In this document: piece by piece, positions 23,101 through 35,100 of the stretch | Numbering within the stretch: the stretch's first letter is position 1 | How the letters are laid out: each line of letters begins with the position of its first letter | Assembly (NCBI RefSeq): GCF_037042905.1 | Contig: NC_087245.1 | Span: 5,520,001 to 5,584,000, forward strand | Direction of reading: 5' to 3' | DNA: 64,000 bases | Origin: Lytechinus pictus | Lineage: Eukaryota | Notes under the pieces: model-generated | Database searches by the model: none | Told to the model about the DNA's origin: nothing | The model's input: only the letters and a program-made list of their open reading frames with translations | Program-made: the position numbers and the translations under genes

Positions 23101-26100
23101 GTAATATGATAAAAAGCGTGAATACAATTAATAAAGATTATTACTTATGAAAATTATAACAGATTCAATGAATATCTGAAAAAAAAACATAAAACATTCA
23201 AATCGGTTTTGGATCCCATCTAATTTTGGAAGACTCGGATCCCCGCGGATCAAGGATTTTGATGCCATGTGCGATTTGTATTCTGTATGTGGCCGTGGCG
23301 AGCGCGAGTGCAGTGACACAGAACTTGGTAGACACACCGTCGCGAAATTAATCAACACTTTCAAAAGATCGATGTAGAGATCAAGACTTTGGAAATTATG
23401 GAGTAAAATTGGAATATAAATGTGAATAATCATTTTGCTGTAAGTAAATGAGTTGGACATTATATCAATCCATTCCTGTGGCTTTGTCATTATTAACGTG
23501 ATCTTTTAATAATTTTCTCAATTCGCTCTACGGCAGTGTCATCAGAAATGCATTCAATGAATTCATGTAGATGTACCGGTAGCTATAATAAGGCTGGGGC
23601 CTGGGACGAGATGAAACTAAATTTCGATCGAATTTTTATATTATTTTTGACACACTTTACTTTTGACAAAATAAGTGACAATATCAACTGAAATTCGTAA
23701 CATCTAAATTACATTGCCCAACCCAGTAACCCACGGTACCCCTCTCTTCTCACTTTATTTTTGAGCGTATTTTACTACCATTTTAAAGACGTAAATAATG
23801 AGAGCAATGCGATACGCAAATGCGAGGTAAACACCTAATTCGCACTTCCTACATTTAGACAGTTAAATTGGGCTTCGAGTCGAGGTCGTATCGTATACAG
23901 CAGGGGTTCTCAAACTTTTTCTTTGAAGGGCCAGATGAGACTCCAAGTAAACCTGAAAGGGCCAGGGCAGGGTCAAGTGGATACTTAGAAAAAAAATGTG
24001 CGCGAAGCGCAAAGCCCCTTGCGACCGGGGTCCTAGATCCTCACTTGTGCAATCTGGCCCTTATTTTGGGAGCATTTAATCCAACAAATTTATAACAGTT
24101 TCATGTGGAGCACAGGCAAAATTAGAAAAGATTTCAAAATACAGCAAGAGTCAATAGTGATAATAAGAAAAAATGTGGTACTTTTAAAAAGGAATCTAAA
24201 TTGTACCTATACATACCTGGTATTGAGGAGACAGATAATGTCTTGAAGTATCAATATTTTTTTGTAGTAAAAGTAGATTGAAGAATAGAGTATATATATG
24301 TCTCTTGTAGACTCTAATAAGGGTGTCAGTCTCCTAGTCACTTTCAATGGGAAAAGTGACACTGTCTGTCAGCAACAAGTTGCTTGAACCTTGGCACAAA
24401 AGGTGTAATTGCCAGACGAAGGCATTGGTGCAAATGTTCACTGGTCAAGGTGCTTCGGTATGAGTTCTTTAAAATGTTCATTGTGGAAAATGCACTTTCG
24501 CACCTGTATGTAGATCCAAACATGGTGAGAACAGCGATAGACACTTTGTGCAATGTTGGAAATGATGTTGCTGGAACCATCTTTGTCCAGAAAGTCACAT
24601 GATCACACCTACTCTCCTTCAGAGCCAAATTCTCCTGGAGATCAATCATTTCTGTCTGCAGTTTCCCAGCGTTTGCCCATGGGAAGATGCGTGTGGTCTC
24701 TCTTGAAAGTTCCACAAGGTCCTTCACAAGGAATGGTGACCCGATGCAAAGCAGTACTTGCTTCCCTACACAAAAGTCACTGAAGCGAGATTTGAAATTG
24801 TCAGCCAATTTCTCCAGGAATGAAACATGGTCATGATGATGATTGCCATTAGTGTGACCCAGTAGAGTTGGAAAATGGAGATGTGCCTCTGTGATGTCAT
24901 TCTTGAAGAGCTCCAGTCGCCTCTCAAAAGAACGCACAGCTGTCATCAGGTCACACACAGTACTGCCCTGACCTTGGAGCTTGAGATTAAACTCATTCAA
25001 ATGAGATGTTATGTCCACCAGGAAAGCCACAAGTTCCATTTTGTTGTCATCACGGAGATAGTCCAGGAACTGCCTGGCTTTGGCAGTAGTCTGCTGTGAC
25101 AGAAACATTTCAAGGTCTTTCTTAATGGCCCAGAACCTTCCCAGGACCTGTCCCTTACTTAGCCACCTTACATTGTTATGAAGGAGTAAGTCATCATAGG
25201 ATGCATTGACCTGGTTAGAAAAAGGGAATGATAAGTTTAATAATTTGTGATGGACCATTCTTCATACAGGTGCTTATTCTATTTGTTGATAAAGTTTACA
25301 TTTCTTCCTCCCTGGCCTCTATCTACTTTTTCCTTCAATATTATTGGATTTTTTTTGGGTTTGAACATGTAACAAAAAAGATCTGGAGGTAATGTATCTC
25401 TTTATGTTCTTGTATTTTATGTGAATTTATTTCGCATATTCTGAGATGTTTTATAATAAATTGTACACAAATATTTTCGATTTATTCCACACCAGGTCCA
25501 GATATTTTTCATACTGAGATATACTTAAAGATAATACAAATAATGACGAATAACCAATGTCTTGAAATAGATAAGTATTCTCTTCACCTCATTCAGGAAT
25601 GATCTCAGGAGACGATGCTGAAGTGCAGAAGATGCTCTCAAGTAGTTCACTAGTTTCATAATGGTTTCCATTACATCTGCGTACTCATTCCCAAGACTGG
25701 CACATAATACTGACTGGTGTATGATACAGTGATAGGACAACATGTATGGTTGATGCTCTTTCAAACGGCTAACAACTCCCTTCTGTCTCCCAATCATGGC
25801 TGGCGCACCATCAGTTGCAACTGACACAACTTTCTTGATATCGATTCCTCTGTCTCGTAGCATCTCCATGATGGCTTCATAAATATCCTCTCCTCTTGTA
25901 CGACCAAGCGGGGGTATTAGGCCAAGTATGTCTTCGCAAATTTCAGCTTTGGCCTTACTGAAGTATCTGACGAAGGCACAAAGTTGTGCTTTATCTGTAT
26001 TATCAGTTGATTCATCCAATGCAAGGGCAATGTATTCTGCATTGTTCAAATCACCAGTCAGTTGCTGCAGAACATCATCCGCCAGTAGTTCTGTTCTCCG

Positions 26101-29100
26101 AGTAGAAGTGCTGTTGGATAGTGGAATTTGGTTGAATTTATCTGATAAATCCTGTCTTTCCTTCCCTGTAAACATGGAATCAACAACCTCATTCAAACAT
26201 TCCTTGACTAGTTCTGAATCGGAAAACGGTTTCTTGTTTTTACCCAGAACCCAGGCCACACGGAGGGAAGCTTCAGTTGCTTTTTGTTGTTGTGTCACAC
26301 ATCTAACAAACTGTCTGCTGGAAGATTCATAGGAAGATTTCAACTGATTTATTTTAGTATCCCTTATCTCTGTGTTCTGTGGGTATTGTTGCTCAAATCG
26401 GTTGTGCTTGGAATCGTAGTGACGCTTTAAATTAGCATTTTTAGAAACACTGACAGTTTCCGAGCAAATCAAACACATCGGCCTTGTGCTCGATTGCGGC
26501 AAAATGAATGCATACTTGTCTGTCCATTCTTCATTGAAAACACGATTTTCAGCATCCACCTTTCTTTTCTTTGCAGAATTTGATGCCATCTTGACCTGAC
26601 TAACAATTAATGATGACTAGCGTACCCCTGAGAAAATCCGCAGAACTCAACCAGCAATTTAAGTTTACGTTATAAAGCAAAATTGATCGCAAGCCATGTG
26701 CGAATGTGTGCGCACGTGTTTTCAAATGCAACGTGTTATCAACGTTTGATGTGAAACTACTTTTTCAATTTACCGCAGGTGATCAAATAAGAAAGTAGAA
26801 TAGACAGAAAAGACTCCACTAAACTTTTTTTAAAAGTCAAATTTATTTGACTGCCATTACTTTTATTACGGTTAGGTCTACATGGATACACAATGTAATC
26901 ATATTGAGCTATGAGCTATGTTTCATATTTTTACTTAAAAGTGATAAAAAAAAAAAAAACCAGCAGGGTCTCGCGGGCCGGATTGAGGAGCTCAGCGGGC
27001 CGGATCCGGCCCGCGGGCCGTAGTTTGAGAACCCCTGGTATACAGCATAGTAGCGAAGCAAAGAAATCCCGGGAAGAAATCGTGGAAGAAATAATCGACA
27101 AGTTTATTTTAGGATCTGAAAAGCAGATTGTTTTTCTTTTGAATATATTATTCAGTTTTTAGTGTGGATCTAGGCCTGTTTTACAGTTGTCGGCCACGGT
27201 TGTCGGGGAAGTTCACGGTTGGCGGATTTGCCCTGAACATTTTCAGGGTTGTCGGCGCCCGCCAACCGTGACGCGTGGTAGCGAGAACGTTGTACTTACT
27301 AACCTCGCACAACGCTAACCCAGGGAGCTTCCGCCCGCACAGCGGGCGGGAGCCCAGGAGCTTACCGTGTATTTGACCATAGTCACCGGACTAGGGTGAT
27401 TTATGGTCTAAATATTTCTCCAAATGAATTGTGAAAACAGAAAGTATACAATTACCACGATTATGTGGATGAAGGTCCAACGAGTGGCAGTTTCCTGAGA
27501 TCTGGGCACAGACTGGAACCTCAAAAAACCGAAACGTTATCTCCTTCTACCCCCGTTTCGATCGGCCATTTTTGTTAAAAATCGTAACAAAATGGCCGAT
27601 CGAGACTGGGGTAGAGGAGATAACTTTTCGTTTTTTTGAGGTTCCAGTCTGTGCCCAGATCTCAGAAAACTGCCACTCGTTAGACCTTCATCCATATAAT
27701 CGTGGTAATTGTATACTTTCTGTTTTCACAATTCATTTGGAGAAATATTTAGACCATAAATCACCCTAGTCCGGTGACTATGGTCAAATACATGGTAAGC
27801 CCCTGGGCTCCTGCCCGCTGCGCGGGCGGGAGCTCCCTGGGTTAGCACAACGCATGTCATTTCATAATGAATTTTGACGTTTTCATTCATCACATGAATG
27901 TGAGAGAATACCGTATTACTGTCTATGGGTACTAGTATTCAACCCGGCATAATTCAAAGATTTTGACATATTCCCCAAAATATTTAGAAATAGGGAATTT
28001 ATCTTAATTTCATACCTTTGTTATTTCCAGGGTAATCTGTTGTCGATATTTTCTTTGTCAATCTGTCGACTGTATGCGCGGAGGATCGAATTATGCGGCG
28101 ATGGCCTTTTGCACTGAATGGTACTAGTATTCAACCTAGTGAGGATTGATAGCAAATCTCAAAAGGGTTTAGATTGCTAAATTAGATCTAGATCTATGTA
28201 AGTCTCTGGCTTTGATTAATTCCCTGTTTGGTCCCATCTCAAATGGTCTAGTCCATAGTCGGATGGGACAAGGGCAGATTGAGAAACAGGGCCATCTTTC
28301 ATCGCCAGGTTGAATACTAGTACCGAAGGGTTCAATACTAGACTACTAGTACCAAAATCCGTCGCCGTATAATTCGATCGCCCGCGCACACAGTTAACTG
28401 GTTGAAGAAAAAAATAACGGAAAAAGAATAACCAGCATTTGCTCTTGGAAATAGACGGGTCTGAAATTCAGGTAAATTCTATATTTCTATATATTTGAGG
28501 AAACTCACCAAACGGGTTGAATACTAGTGCACTTACGGTAAGTATAGTGAGTGATTGTATTATTACCGACCGGCCTTGTATTACCGAACGCGTGCATCAT
28601 ACGCATCAGAAAATAATTTCATACGCTAAAAATTTTGCGACATCCTTCCAAAGAGAACTTGAATAGAAAGATGATGAAAAATGGTCAAAAACACATTTTC
28701 AAAGTCTTAATATTCTAAAAATAATAAAATATGGTCAAAATAGCTCATCATCAGTGATTTTGTAGTTTTCTCAACGTTTCCATAGAAAACACACGTTCGG
28801 TAATACGATACCTTTTTCAAGTGACCAAAATATTTCATATGCGGAGAGGGGTCCAATTGGAAGCTTATATTGTAAAAAGGAAAAACGATTTCGGCAAAAT
28901 TTTCATATATTTATATTTTGTAGGTAATTGTGTATTTATGGTGAAAGTTTGGTGAATTTCATGAGAATAATGTATTTGATATGATTGAATTCATGAAAAG
29001 TGTTTGGTATTACGATCCACTACCATATAACACACGCCAAAATCTTCACAATATACTAAATTTATTCATCTAAATCTGTTCATTGAATTAATTTTTAAAA

Positions 29101-32100
29101 TATGCTCCAAAATATTCATAAAAAGGGATTTTAAACGCTTACCTTCAAATCTCAGCCAAGATACTCCATCTGATCCTTAAATTAATACTGCGGTGGAAAT
29201 TACGCAAACAACAATCAAAATGCGAATTTTTCTTATCGAACAGTCTAGATTCAAGTCGCCGGCGCATAATAGGAAATTGTACCAAAAAAATCAACAGGCA
29301 TCTCACGTATAATCGCTGATGGCGCTACATCATAAAATAACGCTGAACAGCGAAAAAAATGCGGAGCGCCTAGAACGCAACCAGCAGTACAGCTGATCTG
29401 ACGTAAACAAGCAAGTTTATTAAATAATATCGCGCGCCCTCTCTGTGCGTATAGAGAAAACCAGCGAATTGGCCGCATGCCTGCTTCGACATCAAGTAAA
29501 ATCATCGATATAAAGTACCAGAAAGACAGAGAGGAATTGAAATTGGCTTCATATCGTTTGGTAAGTTTCATATCCAAAGCTTACTTCATGTAAAATGTAG
29601 ATAAATTTCTAATTTTTACAAAAGAATAAAAAAATTATTGCAAGTGCCGTGCCAGCGGTTATCCTGTGCACGGCGACGGTAATGCACCTATGGGTGGGTT
29701 CTCGGGGACTTAATTATTTGCATCCATAAGTGAATGCTAACTTCACAAAACATATCCAGACCCTAGACCAAAAGCTTCGGTCTCTGTTATGTTGGCTGTT
29801 CCGCTGAACTCCGTTGGCTCCACTCACCAAATACAGAGACCAAAGTTCTAGCTCGATCTGTACAGGGAATCAATGCAGTCTTGAGGACGCAATGATGATG
29901 ACTTTTAAAATCCTGTCATATACTTCATCAGTGACGTCTTGAACAGGCCTTCATAGACATGTAAGAGAACGAAGTAAACAAAGATGGATTTCCCTAGGAA
30001 ATCAATCTTTACATAACAGAATCGCGTGAAATATGTTTATTTTATTAATTTCTACACCTTCCTACGCCTAATGCGTAGGAAGGTTTTAAAAAATGTTAGA
30101 TAAAAATGTAAAAAATAAAGGTTTCTTACCTAACTGATGCTGCGTAGATCCCTCGATCCACATGTAACAACGGAAATACAATAGCGTCGACCCTTGAACC
30201 GCTTGTGTAAGACGTACTTCCGGCTAGCAATGCCGTTTTGAAGAACAATTTATAGATGAAAATTATTATTTCACAAATACTAAAATTTATTACGTAATTA
30301 TAAATAATTGGTATTATAATTACGTAATAAATTTTAGTATTTGTGAAATAATAATATTTATCTATATTTCTTCAAAACAACATTGCTAGCCGGAAGCACG
30401 TCATACATAAGCGGTTCAAGGGTCGACGCTATTGTATTTCCGTTGTTTACATGTGGATCGAGGGGTCTACGCAGCATCAGTTAGGTAAGAAACCTTTATT
30501 TTTTACATTTTTATCATCTCCCCAGTACCTTATTTCACTTATCAAAAGTTATACCCTTTCAAGATCCTTACGTTCCTCCTTTTCCAATTCTCTTGTTACC
30601 CCCAAAATTTCCAAAACCTGGGGTGAAAGATCATTTGTTTACTCATCCTCTAAGCTATGGAATAGCCTCCCTCAAAACATGAAACAGTGCTTGACTTCTG
30701 AAACTTTCAAACATTACCTCAAAACATTTCTGTTCAATTCTTCTTAATTTCTTTTATAATTTTCAAAAAGCGCCTTGAGCACTCTACAGAGTGGATTTGG
30801 CGCGATATAAGTCTAATTATTATTATTATTATTATCTAACATTTTTTAAAACCTTCCTACGCATTAGGCGTAGGAAGGTGTAGAAATTAAAAATTAAAAA
30901 TTAAAAAGCGCCTTGAGCACTCTACAGAGTGGATTTGGCGCGATATAAGTCTAATTATTATTATTATTATTATCTAACATTTTTTTAAACCTTCCTACGC
31001 ATTAGGCGTAGGAAGGTGTAGAAATTAATAAAATAAACGTATTTCACGCGATTCTGTTATGAAAAGATGGATTTCCTAGGGAAATCCATCTTTGTTTACT
31101 TCGTTCTCTTACATGTTTATGAAGGCCTGTTCAAGACGTCAATGATGAAGAAGTATATGATATTTTAAAAGTCATCATCATTGCGTCCTCAAGACTAGAA
31201 TCAATGGCCATATGTTTATGTATTAAGTTCGGATGAAACAGGGAAGTGAAGTTGCGCGACAGCCGAAGTAAGTCACTGTTTTTTCCCCTTTTATTAAAAG
31301 TTTTAGTTTATTTTTCCCCGTTCTGGTGCATTTCAGGCCAAAACGGAATAATAATCTTTATTTTGGTACAGTTCTTTTTATATATTTTATGAAATAAAGA
31401 CAAAAATCGATGAGCCCCGTTGGGGGGATTTTGCATTGTTAACTCCCTAATGGTGGCTGCACGATAGCGAGCCGTCTGTGTACATGTACAAAGAGAAATT
31501 TAAAAAAAAATGTTAAAAAAACTCCTCGAAACAGACGGCTGCCAGCTGTCTAATCCAGACCCAAGTCATGCCCATTCACACAGTGGTAAATCGTCCATAG
31601 ACTGTACAATGGATAGACCATCTCCGCACAGCGATTCGGAGACCGCTGATTGGTCAATCGCGCAGATCACATGACTACGTGGTCGCCAAAATAATTCCTT
31701 CGGACTGCGTGTGGAAGTATCGCAGGGCATAAATTAATCGACGGCCAGGCCGTCGATACCCCTAGCCCTATAACTGGCCGTGATGCCCATACAAAAAAAT
31801 CAATTCACGGCTAAAAAGGCCGTGCCCTTTTTTCAAAACTGGTCATGACCTTACTCAGTGTAAGATTAAGGTTTACAAAGTTCTCCCATATTTCACAAGC
31901 AAAAATACAGAAGAGAGAGAGAAAAAAAAAAGTTAACAACTTTCCTCAATTCAAACTGCAAGCCATTTTCCGTGATTTTCTTGGATCTACACAGACACAC
32001 ACACGCAAAGTCAGCATGCAGTGTACATGTACTAGCTGCTGCACATGGCCTGGCCTGCCTGCCTGTGTGGTGTGTGGCAGGCTTGCATTATCGGAGGAGA

Positions 32101-35100
32101 TTTGCAAACTCTGAGCAAAGTGAACAATCTCACATGATTAGCAGTTTTTCCAACAAAATAATCACAAAATCGGCAGGAAATATTTATAATTACATACAAT
32201 GGATTCTCAGATTAATGATTTGGTGATGTAATCAGAGGAGCAAGTTATTGAGTTTTCATTACTAGAGCGGTCTAGTTCAGCTTTTGTTTTGAGTCTTCTT
32301 CGCGCCGATAACAAGAAGACACGGCAATGGGAAGAGAGATGCCTAGCCTGTATAGGGGTGATGCCGCGATGTTTCACCTAATTTTTAAGTTTGACAATGT
32401 TTCACTTTGAAATTTTATTCGTTTCTAATACATTTCAGTTTTCTAACAATTTTTAAATAATATATTATAAAAAAAAACAAATATCAGTAAGATTTTTGTT
32501 AGATGATTACATTTGTTTTCTTTGCTTGAAGTTTGAATTTTTTTCCCTCTAATTCTTTCTTCATTTCTTTCTTTATTGCTTTCTTTTCATTTTTCTTTCT
32601 TTTCTATCCTTTTTTCTTCATCCTTTCTTCTATCCTTCCTGCTTGCTTTTTTTTGGTTCTATCTTATTGCAAATCTTTCCTAGCTTTCTTTCCTGATCCT
32701 TTCTGTTCATTTTTTGTTCTTTCCTTCCTTTTTTTACTTTCCTTCTTTTATTTCCTTTCTTCTTTCCCTAATTTTTTTGCTCCCTTCTCCTTTTTTCTTT
32801 TCATTCTTTCTTTCACTAGCTCACTCTTTCTTCTTTCCTACTTTCATTCATTTCTTGCTTTCACTCTCTCTTCGCTTCATTCTTTCCTTCCTTTCATTCC
32901 TTTTCTTTTCCTTTCCCTTATTCTTTCTTATCTTCCTGATTTTTTCTTTTTCTCTTTCTTTTGTCCATTCCTTCTCTCTTCGTCCTATCTTTTCTGAATT
33001 CCCTTTTCCATTCCATCTATCTTTATCATTATTTCCTAGCTTTCCTTCCCTTTTTTCTGTGTTCATTTATTTTCTTCATTCTTTCCTTTACATGTCCCTC
33101 ATTGTTTTTTTCTTTCTATCTTTCTTTCTTTCTTTCTTCTTTCTTTCTTTACTTTTTTCTCTTTGATACTTTCCTTCTCTTTTTAATTTCATTTTTTATA
33201 AATTTCCTTCATTCTTTTAAAATTTTCTTTGCTTCCTTTTCCCTTCCTCTCCCTTTTCTTTTTGTTCTTTCTCTCCTTCCATTCTTTTCTTCTCTTTTCA
33301 TTCTCTCCTTCCTCTCTTTTATCATTTATTCTTTCTTTATTTTCTTTTTTTTCCTTTTTGCTTTTCCCTTCCTTCCTGTCTTCTTTCTTTTTCTCAAAGA
33401 ATGAAGGAAACATTTTTCTTTCCTTCCTTCATTCCTTCATTCATCCTCAGTCTTTTTCTTACCTTCTTTTTTTCTTTCTCTTTATTTCTTTCAAACATTC
33501 ATTCATCATCCCTTCCTTTCTTTTTCTTTTTAAGAATGAAGGAACCTTTTTTTTCCTTTCCTTTATTATTTCTTTCATCCTTCTTTTATTCTAACTTTCT
33601 TTTCACTGTTTTTTTTCCCTTCATTTTCTTTACTTCATTATTCCCCTACATTTTTTCTTTCTTCTCCATTCATCTCTTTTCTTTCTCTCCTTCATTCTTT
33701 ATTTCACCCATTTGTTCACCCTCCCTTCCTTTCCTTTTCTTTCTTTATATTTTTATTTCTCTCTTCATTTCTTTTATAATTAATTTCAGTGATTCCTTTT
33801 TTATTTTGTGCCACGGTCACAAAAGTACATGAAAATATATGAGAGAGGAAATCATTCAAATGGCATATCAACACACTAATTTTGGTCATGGCCGGCAAGA
33901 TAAAATCACTTTGAAAAAAAAAATATAATTTTACAAATACAAGGTACATCAGTTCATGTTAAAAACAGGAAAAAGGCAATGGTACATGTCCATAGAAGAG
34001 CAATTCTTTCCTTTAAACGGTAATATCCTGTTTTGAAATATTTTTTGGGGGGCAAGTGAAATATATATTCGGGCAAGTATTGTCCAACTATTTAGAAATA
34101 AAAAGATGTTATGTAGCACCCTGTACAAGTTTTAATACATTTGACATCTAAAAAAAAGGATACCGAAAAAAAAAGGCCTTTGATGCCCTTCTTGGAAAAA
34201 GATTTTGGCCTTGGTGCCCTTTGAAGTGGCCTTGGTGCCCTAAAAAATATGAGGTATTTCAAGGCCAAACTGGCCTTGCCCTAAAAATGACAAAATTTAA
34301 GGCCTGGTATCGATAGCGATAACGATATCCGGTCACATTGTCTACGCGGGAAATGGTCTTGGTTCGTGATCGGATCACTCCAGTATCGATTGAAAATTAT
34401 CGAAACTCTGCAATTTCATGCATATTCACGCGACGCTCTGAAACCCGGAAATCCATTGACTTTGTGCACGTTGCGATAGACTGTACAGACTCCAACGAAC
34501 ACGATGCCATATCGACGCTGATTCGTAAGATTTTGACGGAAACGCAAGAAGTAATCGAAATTTGCTTACCTGTGCGGTATCGGTGAGAAAATAGATCCTC
34601 CGAGAATACCTTTCATAATTCATATAGAATATAGGAAAGTGAAATTCTAGGTCGATTTTGGTACGAAGTGATAGAGAATTGCACACTTGTTTTGGTGGAA
34701 TACTGTGTGGGGGAATGGAAGGATTGCACTGCGCATGCTTACTATATTTTCATTCATAAATTGTCTCTCGGCAGTGGTTGGATGACGTCATTTTATTAAT
34801 AAGCAAAATGTACGCGCCCGCTAGCGTTGAACGCTCCGCTATCCGTTTTACACAATTTGCCGATGTGACTCGTTAATGAACAAGGTTATAACTATGGGCT
34901 TGGCCTTGAAAAAAAATACTTGCGTCAGCTGATATCATGAGTCGTAAAATACTATGAAGTGATTTCACGATATTTATCGGCCGACGCAAGTATTCTTTTA
35001 AATCTAAGTTGGCACTGCTCATGATATTGTCACCCTCTATACGCGTCTAGTATCTTTGGCTACGATAGCAAAGATGGCAAGATGGCGACAATAACATATA

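Larger units (their letters stand above)
23901..27037 (-). mobile_element. Full-length autonomous-type hAT transposon (Buster/Charlie/SPIN-like)
   Basis: Perfect 16-bp TIR CAGGGGTTCTCAAACT; perfect 8-bp TSD GTATACAG (23893-900, 27038-45) with central TA; GCGGGCCG subterminal repeats; encodes a transposase. Confidence 0.96.
20485..27292. mobile_element. 6.8-kb non-autonomous hAT-like element hosting nested insertions
   Basis: 12-bp TIR CAACGTTCTCGC / GCGAGAACGTTG; perfect 8-bp TSD TACTTACT (20477-84, 27293-300); GC-rich subterminal GGTTG(T/G)CGG repeats. Confidence 0.85.
29876..31197. mobile_element. Fully palindromic element, 9-bp TSD, CA...TA ends (AcademH- or MULE-like), right arm interrupted by L2
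   Basis: TSD GAATCAATG (29867-75, 31198-206); AGTCTTGAGGACGCAATG.../...CATTGCGTCCTCAAGACT; arms of about 430 bp centred near 30310. Confidence 0.92.

Noticed and set aside
24344..26589. Two separate genes or a broken pseudogene; domesticated GTF2IRD2/ZBED gene
   Set aside because: A clean GT-AG intron joins the ORFs, and perfect TIRs/TSD indicate a transposon rather than a domesticated gene.
29143..29169. Minus-strand ATG and GTAAGC donor suggesting an antisense gene
   Set aside because: In-frame stop after five codons and no further exons identified.
32533..33949. Overlapping Phe/Ser/Leu-rich and Lys/Glu/Arg-rich ORFs
   Set aside because: Artefacts of the polypyrimidine tract, which lacks stop codons.
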